64,000 nucleotides of DNA from Malacoraja senta (GCA_038087875.1 CM075997.1:3846001-3910000); one strand, 5' to 3'. Positions 37,276-51,115 are shown, numbered from the stretch's first letter. Numbers and translations are program-made. Notes: generated by a model from the letters alone, not told the origin.

Positions 37276-38995
37276 CAGTGGCTTGCAAAAGTATTTATAC
37301 CCCTAGAACTTTTCCACATTTTGTCACGTTACAACCACAAACGTAAATGTATTTTATTGGGATTTTATGTGATAGACCAACACAAAGTGGCGCATAATTG
37401 TGAAGTGGAAGGAAAATGATACATGGTTTTCAAATTTTTTTACAAATAAAAAACTGAAAAGTGTCGCGTGCAAAAGTATTCAGCCCCCTTCACTCTAATA
37501 CCCCTAAATAAAATCCAGTGCATCCAATTGCCTTCAGAAGTCACCTAATTAGTAAATAGAGTCCACTTGTGTGTAATCTAATCTCAGTATAAATACAGCT
37601 GTTCTGTGAAGGCCTCAGAGGTTTGTAAGAGAACATTAGTGAACAAACAGCATCATGAAGCCCAAGGAACACACCAGACAGGTCAGGGATAAAGTTGTGG
37701 AGAAGTTTAGAGCAGGGTTAGGTTATAAAAAAATATCCCAAGCTTTGAACATCTCACGGAGCACTGTTCAATCCATCATCCGAAAATGGAAAGAGTATGG
37801 CACAACTGCAAACCTACCAAGACATGGCCGTCCACCTAAACTGACAGGCCGGGCAAGGAGAGCATTGATCAGAGAAGCAGCCAAGAGGCCCATGGTAACT
37901 CTGGAGGAGCTGCAGAGATCCACAGCTCAGGTGGGAGAATCTGTCCACAGGACAACTATTAGTCGTGCACTCCACAAATCGGGCCTTTATGGAAGAGTGG
38001 CAAGAAGAAAGCCATTGTTGAAAAAAAGCCATAAGAAGTCCCGTTTGCAGTTTGCCACAAGCCATGTGGGGGACACAGCAAACATGTGGAGGAAGGTGCT
38101 CTGGTCAGATGAGACCAAAATTGAAGTTTTTGGCCTAAATGCAAAACGCTATGTGTGGCGGAAACCTAACACTGCACATCACACTGAACACACCATCCCC
38201 ACTGTGAAACATGGTGGTGGCAGCATCATGCTGTGGGGATGCTTTTCTTCAGCAGGGACAGGGAAGCTGGTCAGAGTTGATGGGAAGATGGATGGAGCCA
38301 AATACAGGGCAATCTTGGAAGAAAACCTGTTAGAGTCTGCAAAAACTTGAGACTGGGGTGGAGGTTCACCTTCCAGCAGGACAACGACCCCAAACATACA
38401 GCCAGAGCTACAATGGAATGGTTTAGATCAAAGCATATTCATGTGTTAGAATGGCCCAGTCAAAGTCCAGACCTAAATCCAATTGAGAATCTCTGGCAAG
38501 TCTTGAAAATTGCTGTTCACAGACGCTCTCCATCCAATCTGACTGAGCTTGAGCTATTTTGCAAAGAAGAATGGGCAAAAATTTCAGTCTCTAGATGTGC
38601 AAAGCTGGTAGAGACATACCCCAAAAGACTTGCAGCTGTAATTGCAGCGAAAGGTGGTTCTACCCTGAAGAAGGGTTTCGGCCTGAAACGTTACCTATTT
38701 CCTTCGCTCCATAGATGCTGCTACACCCGCTGAGTTTCTCCAGCATTTTTGTGTACCTGTGGTTCTACAAAGTATTGACTCAGGGGGGCTGAATATTTTT
38801 GCACGCGACACTTTTCAGTTTTTTATTTGTAAAAAATTTGAAAACCATGTATCATTTTCCTTCCACTTCACAATTATGCGCCACTTTGTGTTGGTCTATC
38901 ACATAAAATCCCAATAAAATACATTTACGTTTGTGGTTGTAATGTGACAAAATGTGGAAAAGTTCAAGGGGTATGAATACTTTTGCAAGCCACTG
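37276..38995 (+). mobile_element. Tc1/mariner DNA transposon, Passport-like, near full length
   Basis: TA duplications at 37274-75 and 38996-97. Terminal inverted repeats (TIRs) of about 220 bp begin CAGTGGCTTGCAAAAGT and enclose a transposase. Confidence 0.97.
37655..38778 (+). pseudogene. Tc1 DD34E transposase, disrupted by a 1-bp frameshift (~38345) and a 95-bp insertion (38664-38758)
   Basis: Paired-like HTH with GRPPK, then WSDETK, QQDNDPKH and SPDLNPIENLW, with 34 residues between the second D and the E. The true end (GGSTKY*) resumes after an insertion flanked by a duplicated GTGGTTCTAC. Confidence 0.95.
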
Positions 38996-39179
38996 TAGAT
39001 GGTGATGTAGAGAGACATAGAACAACTGAATGAAAGATATTCAAAGTAATGATGATGGTAACAATGGCCAGTTTCCTTTATCATCGTTACATTTTGCATA
39101 TCTTTCATTCATTTGTTCTACATCTCTCTACATCACCGTCTATATCTCTCGTTTCCCTGTCCCCTGACTCACAGTCTGA

Positions 39180-39835
39180 AGCCCCTGTCCCACTTTCACG
39201 ACCTAATTCACGACCTCTGCCGAGTTTGCACTTGACTCATACACGCAGCATGGTCGTCACGATGTCGTAGGTAGGTCGTAGCAGGCCATGATGCTAGTCG
39301 TAGCTACTCGTGGCATCAAGTAGGTCGGGGCGTTTTTTCTAGCCTGATGAAAAATGTCCACGAGTAAAAAAGGTCGTGAATTAGGTCGTGAAAGTGGGAC
39401 AGGTCCTTGAGGTCGAGGGGGGTCAATAAACAATAGACAATAGACAATAGGTGCAGGAGTAGCCCATTCGGCCCTTAGAGCCAGCACCGCCATTCAATGT
39501 GATCATGGCTGATCATCCCCAATCAGTACCCCGTTCCAGCCTTCTCCCCATATCCCCTGACTCCGCTATTTTTAAGAGCCCTATCTAGCTCTCTCTTGAA
39601 AGCATCCAGAGAACCGGCCTCCACCTCCCACTGAGGCAGAGAATTCCACAGATTCACCACTCTCTGTGTGAAAAGTGTTTCCTCATCTCCGTTCTAAATG
39701 GCTTACTCCTTAGGTCGTAGACATAGCCATAGGAGGACTTTTACTTTGGCGAGTCAACACGACCTTGACATTATTGTCAACTTGTCTAGGGTCATCTAAA
39801 CTCGTGGATTAGGTCGTCCGAGTGGGACAGGCCCT
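39180..39835. mobile_element. Composite PIF/Harbinger-type MITE with a nested CR1 3' fragment (~39425-39712)
   Basis: Same TIR family with TSD TGA. A second, internal right TIR ends at ~39407. Confidence 0.7.
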
Positions 39836-39934
39836 TGAAGCTGGGTCTAGGCCCGAAACGTCACCCATTCCTTCTGTCCAGAGATGCTGCCTGTCCCGCT
39901 GAGTTACTCCAGCACTCTGTGTCTATCTTCCATT

Positions 39935-41710
39935 GGCATCATGGGGAACAAGGATATGGCGGACCAATTGAATAACTACTTTGGTTCCGTCTTGACTAAG
40001 GAAGACATAAATAATCTGCTGGAAATAGCAGGGGGCCGCGGGGTCAAAGGAGATGGAGGAACTGAGTGAAATCCAGGTTAGTCGGGAAGTGGTGTTGGGT
40101 AAATTGAATGGATTAAAGGCCGATAAATCCCCAGGGCCAGATAGGCTGCATCCCAGAGTACTTAAGGAAGTAGCTCCAGAAATAGTGGATGCATTAGTGA
40201 TAATTTTTCAAAACTCTTTAGATTCTGGAGTAGTTCCTGAGGATTGGAGGGTAGCAAATGTAACCCCACTTTTTAAGAAGGGAGGGAGAGAGAAAACGGG
40301 GAATTATAGACCAGTTAGTCTAACATCGGTAGTGGGGAAACTGCTAGAGTCAGTTATTAAAGATGGGATAGCAGCACATTTGGAAAGTGGTGAAATCATT
40401 GGACAAAGTCAGCATGGATTTACGAAAGGTAAATCATGTCTGACGAATCTTATAGAATTTTTCGAGGATGTAACTAGTAGAGTGGATGGGGAGAACCAGT
40501 GGATGTGTTGTATCTGGACTTTCAGAAGGCTTTCGACAAGGTACCACATTAGAGATTAGTATACAAACTTAAAGCACACGGTATTGGGGGTTCAGTATTG
40601 ATGTGGATAGAGAACTGGCTGGCAAACAGGAAGCAAAGAGTAGGAGTAAACGGGTCCTTTTCACAATGGCAGGCAGTGACTAGTGGGGTACCGCAAGGCT
40701 CAGTGCTGGGACCCCAGCTATTTACAATTTATATTAATGAACTGGATGAGGGAATTGAAGGCAACATCTCCAAGTTTGCGGATGACACTAAGCTGGGGGG
40801 CAGTGTTAGCTGTGAGGAGGATGCTAGGAGACTGCAAGGTGACTTGGATAGGCTGGGTGAGTGGGCAAATGCATGGCAGATGCAGTATAATGTGGATAAA
40901 TGTGAGGTTATCCACTTTGGTGGCAAAAACAGGAAAGCAGACTATTATCTAAATGGTGGCCGATTAGGAAATGGGGAGATGCAGCGAGACCTGGGTGTCA
41001 TGGTACACCAGTCATTGAAAGTAGGCATGCAGGTGCAGCAGGCAGTGAAGAAAGCGAATGGTATGTTAGCTTTCATAGCAAAAGGATTTGAGTATAGGAG
41101 CAGGGAGGTTCTAGTGCAGTTGTACAGGGTCTTGGTGAGACCACACCTGGAGTATTGCGTACAGTTTTGGTCTCCAAATCTGAGGAAGGACATTATAGCC
41201 ATAGAGGGAGTGCAGAGAAGGTTCACCAGACTGATTCCTGGGATGTCAGGACTTTCATATGAAGAAAGACTGGATAGACTTGGCTTATACTCGCTAGAAT
41301 TTAGGAGGTTGAGAGGGGATCTTATAGAAACGTACAAAATTCTTATGGGGTTGGACAGGCTAGATGCAGGAAGATTGTTCCCGATGTTGGGGAAGTCCAG
41401 GACAAGGGGTCACAGCTTAAGGATAAGGGGGAAATCCTTTAAGACCGAGATGAGGAAAAACGTTTTCACACAGAGAGTGGTGAATCTCTGGAACTCTCTG
41501 CCACAGAGGGTAGTTGAGGCCAGTTCATTGGCTATATTTAAGAGGGAGTTAGATGTGGCCCTTGTGGCTAAAGGGATCAGGGGGTATGGAGAGAAGGCAG
41601 GTACAGGATACTGAGTTGGATAATCAGCCATGATCATATTGAATGGCGGTGCAGGCTCGAAGGGCCGAATGGCCTACTCCTGCACCTATTTTCTATGTAT
41701 CTATGTATCT
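39935..41710 (+). mobile_element. CR1-clade (HER1-like) LINE, 5'-truncated ORF2 with reverse transcriptase; frameshifted
   Basis: ORFs 40053-40559 and 40598-41614 contain KSPGPD, NYRPVSLTS, QHGF, GVPQGSVLGP, FADD and RPHLEYCVQFWSP. The 3' tail is (TTTCTATG)n-like. Confidence 0.95.
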
Positions 41711-42687
41711 ATCTCCTTTGTTCTGTGGTGAGATGAAATGCCGCGATATATTGAATGGCCAGTAGATGGAGCATGTGGTCCACTGTCCATAATGACAAAC
41801 TCGGGCAAACCCAATGTTTGGTTTAGTTTTGAGATACAGCCCGGAAACAGGCCCTTCGGCCCACCGAGTCTGGACCGACCAGCGATCCCCGCACACTAAC
41901 ACTACCCCACACACACGAGGGACAAGTTTAACATTGATACCAAGCCAATTAAGCTACAAACCTGTACGTCTGTGGAATGTGGGAGGAAACCGAAGATCCC
42001 GGAGAAATCCCACGCAGGTCACGGGGGGAACGTGCAAACTCCGTACAGACAGCACCCGTAGTCGGGATCGAACCCGGATCTCTGGCGCTGTGAGGCAGCA
42101 AATCTACCAATGGTTCAATTGTGCTTTATTATCAGAAGCATAGATACAATGCTTTTTTTTTGTTCTGTAGGATTATCGATATAGATGCTTACATTCCTAA
42201 ATGAAGCGCAGAATGTATAAAAACAGCCCACTGTCTGAGCAAGAGTTGCCAATTTCTGTTGGCATTTTCAGCTAGAGCTATCTAATCGTATAAAGCGGCA
42301 CGGTGGCGCAGCGGTAGAGTTGCTGCCTCACAGCGCCAGAGACCCGGGTTCGATCCTGACTACGGGTGCTGTCTGTACGGAGTTTGTACGTTCTCCCCGT
42401 GACCTGCGTGGGTTTTCTCCGGGATCTTCGGTTTCCTCCAAGACGTACAGGTTTGTAGGTTAATTGGCTTGGTAAATATTTAAAAAATGTCTCTGGTGTG
42501 TGTAGGATAATGTTAATATGTGGGGATCGCTGGTCAGCGCGGTCCCGGGGGGCTGAAAGCATAAAGTATCCTTCATTGTCGTTCAAACTTTTAGTTTGAA
42601 CCAAATTGCGTACCTTGAAGTCATGACGGAGAATAAAATAACAGCACACACACTTAACACAGTTTACCATCCACCACTGACTGCGGA

Positions 42688-42978
42688 TGGTCAAGATTAT
42701 AAATGATCTCCTTCTATTTTCTTTTCTTCTCTTCTCTTCTTTTATTCTCTTTCTTCTATTTTCTATGTCTCAACTTTCTTTTTTCATTCTTTATTTTTCT
42801 TTTTCACACACTATATATCTCACATTTTTCTATTTTTCATTATCTAACTTTTTTCTTTTTCTTCTTTATTACAAAAAATTTAAAAAAATAAGAAGCTGTA
42901 CATAAAAGGTATTATGAAAATATGATTGTATACAATTGTACTTACTTCTAATAAAATAACAATATTTTTTAAAAAAAA
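42688..42978 (+). mobile_element. Probable L1-type LINE 3' UTR fragment (a similar reverse piece lies at ~43591-44057)
   Basis: T-rich 3' UTR ending in AATAAA and a poly(A) run. Confidence 0.5.
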
Positions 42979-44400
42979 CATCCACCACAGTGAGTCTACC
43001 AGGCACCTCCTCACTGTGATGGAAGGCAAAAGTCTTAAAGTCCTTGTCTCTTCCTTCCTTGTTCTCCCTCTGCGTTGAGGCGATCCAGGCTTTCGATGTT
43101 GGCCCCCCCCCCCCCCCCGCCGGGTGATGGTAAGTCCCGCGGCCGAATCCGAGCTCCGCAAACGTGCCTGTTTCCGCGCTGTATCGTTAACTAAACTAAA
43201 CTGTGTAAGATCATGAGAGGAATGCAGATAAATGCATGGAGGCTTTCACCCAGAGGAGAGGATTCGAGGACCAGAGGACATAGGTTTCAGGTGAAGGGGG
43301 AAGATTTAGTAGGAACCTGTGTGGTACCTATTCCACACAGAGGGTGTATGGAACGAGCTGCCAGAGGAGGTAGTTGAGTTAAGGTTAAAAAACATTTGGA
43401 CAGGTACATTGGACGCACCTCGGGCAGAAGATATTAGAAGGTTGAAATCACGTTCGACCAGACAGAGGAACAGTATCGTCCCCTTTGTTGTCACACTTCT
43501 GAACGGTCCCTGCTATAAGCCTGGGTACAGTTGTAGCGGCACCTAGTGGTGGGGCTGGGAAGTCAGAACCCTCGGTAGTGGTCGGCATTGTCTTTCTGTC
43601 TTTTAAAATCTTTTTATTCGTTTTTTTCAAAGGCAAAAACAAGACAACAACTAAATAATGATAAAGATAACAATGATATTGCTACATAGGGATCAGGGTT
43701 ACATTAATGGCAGGTATAACCTAAATATGAGTCCAGTGTCAAAATACACATTGGGTATAGACCTCCCGGTCTCTATGTAAATATAGTTAAGTCTTTAAAA
43801 GAAAACTTGTATATATAAAAACAAAAAGATTAAAAGAAGCAAAAAAAAGAGAAAATACGAAAAAACAAAACCCCCGTAAACTAAAGGGAAAAAAAAGCAA
43901 AACAGAATCTGAGCTACAAAGAGTTTCAACAATTTAAGTCCCTGTTTGTCGTCAAGTCTGTTCCACCGTATAACGGTTAAAAAAAAATATTATAACAGTT
44001 GGAGAGGGGACAGTTTATGTCGTGTGAAAATATTGTTTATGTCGTGTGAAAATGTTGGGTTGGCACTGTCACGTGACCGCGAGGGATCGCTCGCGGGCTT
44101 TTAGTCTGTCATTAGCGCTCCTCCCCATCGACAGGAGCTGTGTCCGTCAGCTAGACTAGCCACGCGGTTTTACGAGTTTCTGTTTGGTTTTTGTCAATAA
44201 AAACCGTTTCGCTCAACCTGCCTGGTCTCACTACGCAGTCCCGTTTAGTTTAGTTTGGAGATACAGCGCAGAAACAGGCCCTTCGGCCCTCCGAGTCCGC
44301 ACCAGACCAGCGATCCCCACACACACTAACACTATCCTACACACACAAGGGACAATTTTTTTCGTTGATAACAAGCCAAAGGGAGGAAACCGAAGATCTC

Positions 44401-45150
44401 AAGTCAAGTCAAGAGAGGTTATTGTCATGTGTCCCAGATAGGACAATGAAATTCTTGCTTTGCTTCAGCACAACAGAATATTGAAAGCATAAATACAGAA
44501 CAGTTCAGTTAAATATACACATAAATAAACAGATAAAATGCAATGTGTTTAAGAAGGAACTGCAGATGCTGGAAAATCGAAGGTAGACAAAAGTGCTGGA
44601 GAAACTCAGCGGGTGCAGCAGCATGTATGGAGCGAAGGAAATAGGCAACGTTTTGGGCCGAAACCCTTCTTCAGACTGAGTTGAAGTGCAATAGGCTGTT
44701 ACAGTTCAGAGTCTGTTTGCTAGCGAGTTTAATAGCCCGATGGCTGTGGGGAAGTAGCTATTCCTGAACCTGGATGTTGCAGATTTCAGGCTCCTGTACC
44801 TTCTACCTGATGGTAGCGGGGAGATGAGTGTGTGGCCAGGATGGTGTGGGTCCTTGATGATGCTGCCAGCCTTTTTGAGGCAGCGACTGCGATAGATCCC
44901 CTCGATGGTGGGGAGGTCAGAGCCGATGATGGACTGGGCAGTGGTCACAACTTTCTGCAGCCTTTTCCGCTCCTGGGCGCCCAAGTTGCCGAACCAAGCC
45001 ACGATGCAACCGGTCAGCATGCTCTCTACTGTGCACCTGTAGAAGTTCGAGATAGTCCTCCTCGACATACCGACTCTCCGTAATCTTCTCAGGAAGTAGA
45101 GGCGCTGATGTGCTTTCTTTATGAATGCATCAGTGTGCTGGGACCAGGAA
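44401..45150 (-). mobile_element. Rex1/Babar-clade LINE 3' fragment (Penelope piece inserted at ~44545-44680)
   Basis: ORF 44706-45068 reads NFYRCTVESMLTGCIVAWFGN...PSGRRYRS. Confidence 0.85.
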
Positions 45151-47246
45151 ACCCATGTAGGTCACGGGGAGAAGGTACAAACTCCGTACAGACAGCACCA
45201 GTAGTCAGGTTGGAACCCGGATCCCTGGCGCTGTGAGGCAGCAACTCTACCGCTGCGCCACCATGCCACCCGCTCACCAACCTACTTCACTGTGAGCCTT
45301 GGAGTTCTTCATCGGAACTGGTACACTACAATGCTACATTCTGTGCTCTGGGATCGATCTCTTTGCTCTGACTTTTGTGGTAGTGTTTGGCTGGATGGTA
45401 TTCATGTATTGTCTTCTCTGATTGGAGTTGGGTAACACACAAGCAAAAGCTTTCCACTGTACCTTGGTGTGTGTGACCATAACTAACCTCACCCTAAACC
45501 AAAACTAGACACAACATGCTGGAGTAACTCAGCGGGACAGGCAGCATCTCTGGAGGGAAGGAATGGGTGACGTTTCGGGTCAAGACCCTCTTCAGATAGG
45601 CGATATCTGTGGAACAGCATCCCTCTTCCCATCAGAACTGCCCCCTCCATCCACTCCTTTAAGTCGAGACTTAAAACTCATCTTTACTCTCAAGCCTTTC
45701 TTGACGTCCTCTGAGCGAGGGCTATATGTATGTATTTATGTATGTATTTAATCCATGAACCACTGTTGTATAACGTTAGGACCTCCACCAATGTGAAGCA
45801 CTTTGGCCAACGAGAGTTGTTTTTTAAATGTGCTATAGAAATAAAAGTGACTTGACTTGACTTGATATTTTGGGTCGACCTGAAACATTGCCTATCCATG
45901 TTCTCCAGAGATGCTGCCTGTCCCGCTGAGTTACTCCAGCACTTTGTGTGGGTTTTTTTGGAAACCAGCATCTGCAGTTCCGCATGTCCAATCCTAAACC
46001 GACGTCTCGACCCGAAACGTCACCCATTCCTTCTCTCCAGAGATGCTGCCTGTCCCGCTGAGTTACTCCAGCATTCTGCGTCTATCTTCGATTAACTACA
46101 AGGGACTTGTTGGGATACAACGGTAGTTTAGCACCACGGCCAGAAGAGGGCAGTAAGATGCCAACTTATCATTGTGTGGGAAGGAACTGCAGATGTTGGT
46201 TGAAAACAGAGATAGACACAAACAGCTGGAGTAGCTCAGCGGGACGGGACAGGCATCATCTCAGGAGAGAAGCAACTGATTTATTCTGCTCTATTTACCA
46301 ATCCAGTTTTTTCCTCATCTCCATCTTCAGAACCGGTTCAGAATCAATTTCAAGTTCCTCCTTTATGTCAACAAAGCCTCAACGGTCTCGCCCACACCTA
46401 CATCAAAAATCTGCTTTCCCACCACACCACCTCCAGGTCCCTCAGATCGGCCGACTTGGGGTTACTGACCATCCCGCGGTCCAGGTTTAAGCTCACGGGT
46501 GACCGGGCCTTTGCGGTTGCAGCACCTAGACTGTGGAACAGCATCCCCCTTCCCATCAGAACTGCCCCCTCCATCAACTCCTTTAAGTCTAAACTTAAAA
46601 CCTATTTCTACTCACAAGCGTTTCTTGAGGTCCTCTGAGGGAGCGCTGTATGTATGTATTTATGTATGTATTGTTAGATCTATGTACCACTGTATGTAGC
46701 AAGTTAGTACCTGCACTGATGTAAAGCACTTTGGTCAACGAGAGTTGTTTTTAAATGTGCTATAGAAATAAAATTGACTTGACTTGACTTTCAGTCTGAA
46801 GAAGGGTCTCGACCTGTGACGTCACCTATTTCTGTTCTCCACAGAGGCTGCCTGAGTTACTCCTGCATTTTGTGGCCAACGTTTCATTATTCTACACCCT
46901 TGATGCAGAAGGTATGTTGCAGAGACATCAGATTGCTAGGTTAGATTCAGTGCACAGAGCCATGGCTGTCAGTACAGTAACAAACCTGGTCCTGACCTGT
47001 AACGTCACCTATCCATGTTCTCCACAGATGCTGCCTGGCCCGCTGAGTAACTCCAGCTCTCTGTGTTCTAACTCTCTAGCTTACTGGAGGACAATCTGTC
47101 GATGAACTAACAGACTGAGGCAGAGACACACACTCACTCACAGGGACAGCAACTCCAACATAAACCCCTGATGGAAGCAAAGCTGTCAATAGCTGCTACT
47201 GACATAGTGACTACGAACAAAAATATTACATTGATAATTGTAGTTG

Positions 47247-47468
47247 CTCTTTCTCTCTCTCTCATTATCTCTCTCTCTAGCATGGTGTTACCGCTGGGAC
47301 TGCCTCTTTCTCTTCTCTCTCTCTCTCTCACACTCTCTCTCTCTCTATCATCTATCTATCTTCCTTTATCACTGTTGCTCTCTCTCTCTCCCCTCTCTCC
47401 CTCTCTCTCTCTCCCTCTCTCTTTCCCTCTCTCTCCCTCTCTCCTTCCCTCTCTCTCTCTCCACTCTC
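47247..47468. repeat. (TC)n microsatellite, degenerate, at the Tx1 3' flank
   Basis: Direct reading. Confidence 0.95.
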
Positions 47469-50400
47469 TTATTTTTTTCCTTTTCAAAAACTTTATTCGA
47501 CACAATCATATGATACAACACATCAATACATAATCAAAGATACATTATATCAAAACAAATCATTATAGTACAACAGTACATTCATTGTTTACGATACTCT
47601 CAACCCCACGCGGTGACCAGCGCCCACGGAAGGCCTCCAGAGTCCCCGTGGACACCGCGCGTTCCCTCTCCAGGGACACCCGTGCATGGACGTAGGCCCG
47701 GAAGAGGGGCGGGCAGCCAACTCTAGCCTCACCATCGACCGCCCGCTGCCTGGACCCGTGAATGGCCATCTTAACCAGGCCCAGGAGCAAACCGACAGGG
47801 AGGTCCCACCCCCCCCCCCCCCCCCCCACTTGGCTCTCCCCACACCCTACCTTATGCCCACACACTAGAATCGTGGGACTAAAATGCAACCAGAACTTAA
47901 GGAACAACCCCTTCAGATATTGGTACAGGGGCAGTAATACACACTCCATGTATACGTGGAACACGGTCTCCTCCTCGCTACAGAAAATACACGCGGCGGA
48001 CGAGCCCGTGAACCTACTCAAAAGTTTATTACAAACCACCGCTCCGTGCAACAGTCTCCAACCCCAGGTCCCCAATGTAAAGGGGGACAACTCCCGTATA
48101 GAAGGACCCCCACCGGGGACCTCCCCCGCCTTCAGGTGGTACCACCGTCTGCCAAGGTGTGTCAGGACGGGAAACGAAGGCAAGGAGGTGCAGAATGTGC
48201 AGGAACATCCGATACAGTGTGCGTCTCTTCGCATCACGAAACGGCACGCTGATCATCTCAGAAAGGCGGCTCAGGTTGTGTGGAGCCGGCACCCGAGAAA
48301 TATCCCGGAGCCTAGGCCCGATGAGCAGATCTGACGGAGCGGGTGAAAGCTCAGACAGAACCACTCTAGGCGCGCGCCTCTCCTCGACTGGGCGAGGACC
48401 GGCCACTCCCGCAGCCGCAACATCCCCCTCCCCTCGTGGAGCAACACGCTGGCTGAAAACAGCCAAATTCCTCACTCTGAGCACATCCCGGTAGAAAACA
48501 GGCAAACCCCTTAGGCCGGGTCGACTGATGCCCGCCACCGGGAGCCGCGAGACCCCCCCTAGGCAACGACCCCGACGAAAAATGTACGTGGCCAGAGCGT
48601 GCCATCTGGGGGGGTTCTCTACATACATAGACCTCCGCAGAGTCCTGAGACGGAGAGCCACCACCTGGGTACGCACGCATGATTGGCTGGGCACCTGCAC
48701 TCTACCATCACCCTCTACGTCTGGGCCTGGGGAAGAAAAAACACTAGGCACCCCCAGGGCCTGTGGTACACTGGCACCCCCGGAATCTAAAGGGAGATCA
48801 CCACCCGAACTAGCCCCGACCTCCACAGCACCTATAGCATCCCCTCCACTGGCAACACCCAGAGGCTCTCCACTCTCTTTTAAACTCCCCCCTCCCACCT
48901 CAGCCGGCGAGGCAGCACACCCCCATTACCTCCACTGGCTCAGATGTGGAACACAGACTGGTACACCAAAGCCCCCGACCCACCCCCTTCGGGCTGACCC
49001 TGCTCATCCCCCGTCTCAGGGGGCACACTACTAAGGGCGCCCACCCCATCATCTGACGTGCCAACACCCTCAATAGGCCTCTGAAACGAGGGGACCTCCT
49101 CCGACCCAGAGGACCCACACCCAGGAGAGCTAACCTCACCACCCGATGAGATAACTCCCTCGAAGGGCCCCTGAGATGAAGGGACATCCACCCTCCCATA
49201 GGACACAACTCCAGAGGAATCAACCCCATCACCCGGTCTTGTAATCCCCTCGGGAGAACCCGGAAATGGAGGCTCAACCTCCAACCCGGAAGACACCTGT
49301 TCTGGATCACCATCCACATCAGTGGGAGAAGGTCTGGAAAAAGTCAACCCCCTAACGTTGGGCTCACGCCCTTGCTCTTCCTCGCCAGGCCCAAACCTCC
49401 TTTTTATCCCACTAGCATGCGGCCTTTACGGTGACCTCCATAAAGGAAGAGTCTTCCTCCTCCCCACTACCCCCAACCACTTTACCACCCGCATGATTTA
49501 CCATCCCTACCCCCTCCTGAACCCCCTCAGCTCCTTGCTGGGCCACGGCAAGTGCACTCCGGACCTCACTGGAGCTGACAGGCGCCCCTTGAGTGGTCTC
49601 AGATTGCGTTGGACTCACTTGAATGGGTCTTTCCCCTCCCCTTCCTCCTCTGCACCTCCCAATTCCCCTCCCCCTCATCACCCTCCCCCTGCGCCTCACC
49701 ATCAGCCACCACCCCCTCCACAGGTTCAGGACGGAGGGGGCGGGGGCCATCTCTGCCCCGGGTCCCCAAGGCGGAACTTGCAGACCCAGATGGGCTATCA
49801 CTGCCGCCCAGGATCACCGAGGCAGAGCTAGCAGCCCTAGCCAGGTCAGCAGTACCACCCCATGCCACCGAGGCATGACGAGCCACCCCGGATGGGCCAG
49901 CAGTGCATTCCTGGGCCGCTGCGCTAGAACTTCTAGCAGCGACCCCGTGAAGAAGACACTCCCTACGGAGATGTCCAAACTCCCCACACACATGACACCG
50001 TGCCTTTCCCCAACTCCAATACACGGTTCTACGGAGACCCTTCAACTCCACCTCGAAGCTCCCCTCCGCGCCTTCGCCCTCACCCACCTTCATGAACACC
50101 CTCCTCTTAAAACTAAAGATCCCTCTTTCCTCCGGGTCCCCCCCGGGGTGCATGAGCCTAAAGCACTTAGACCGCACCTCCCCAAACCTAGACAGGTGTG
50201 GAAGAAGTGCTGCATCTGAAATATACGTGGGGCAACTCCGCAGGAGAACCGGTCTCACCCTAGATACCCACGGATCCACCTGTATGTGGACCCCCCCCCC
50301 CCCCACTGAGATCCCCCGCTCCAACGCTATGGCCACATCCTCCCGGGTCTTTAGTATCATCTCCACCTTTCCCCTTTCGAGCTCGGAAGAGACAACAGCC

Positions 50401-51115
50401 CGCCCCCCAAGAAGGTCATTCATGGCCTTGGTAATTGCTCCCCTGGACATCTGGGGCCCAGTTTGGACCGAGATACCAAACCGGTCCCAATCCAAGTCAA
50501 CATAAGGCTCATACTCAGATGGCCTCGCATCCGCTGGTGATGCCACCCCTACGTAGCTCCGGTTCTTCAGCCGCGCCCCAGCCATCGCCATCCTGACAGA
50601 GGCACCAACCAGCTCCCGGCACCCCAGCAGGTCAGCTCCTTGTTAAATCCCAGCGACAGTCACAGTCAAAGACAAAGTAGCAGAAATCAGAAGCCTCCAG
50701 CTGAAGCAGGAAATTCCCCAAGTTCGTCCACAGCCGAGAGCAGCTTTTGGGAAGCTCTATCCCAGTCTTGCCAGAAGCAAAAGTACCATCTTCACATTAA
50801 GCCAGGCAGCCGCACTGTGCAAAATGACTTTAGGGCAGAGAAACGGTGCTAAAAAAATGACAAAAACACCTCAATCTTCGTACCCTCGATCTCCAGGCAC
50901 TCTTGGCAGTCCGCCAACCACAACCGCACCCTCCACAATGGAGAGAAAACTCAGGAATATTCACACTCGTGGAGGATTCCTAGAGCAGAGGAAAGTTTCA
51001 ACAATCCAACGATAAGTTAAACTATGAAGCCCCTCTGCCTCTGTTCCTTCTCCATCGACAAAATCCTTGAAAGGCTGCTTCAAACCTTCTCAACTGCAGA
51101 GCTGAAAAAGCACAG

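Noticed and set aside
43487..44240. Possible solo LTR (TGT start, AATAAA near the end) interrupted by an AT-rich L1-like piece
   Set aside because: There is no clear TG...CA pair with a TSD, PBS or PPT, so support is insufficient.
47171..47533. Hydrophobic Leu/Ser-rich ORFs (also 51024-51404 and 42687-42905)
   Set aside because: They are artefacts of (TC)n or T-rich low-complexity sequence.
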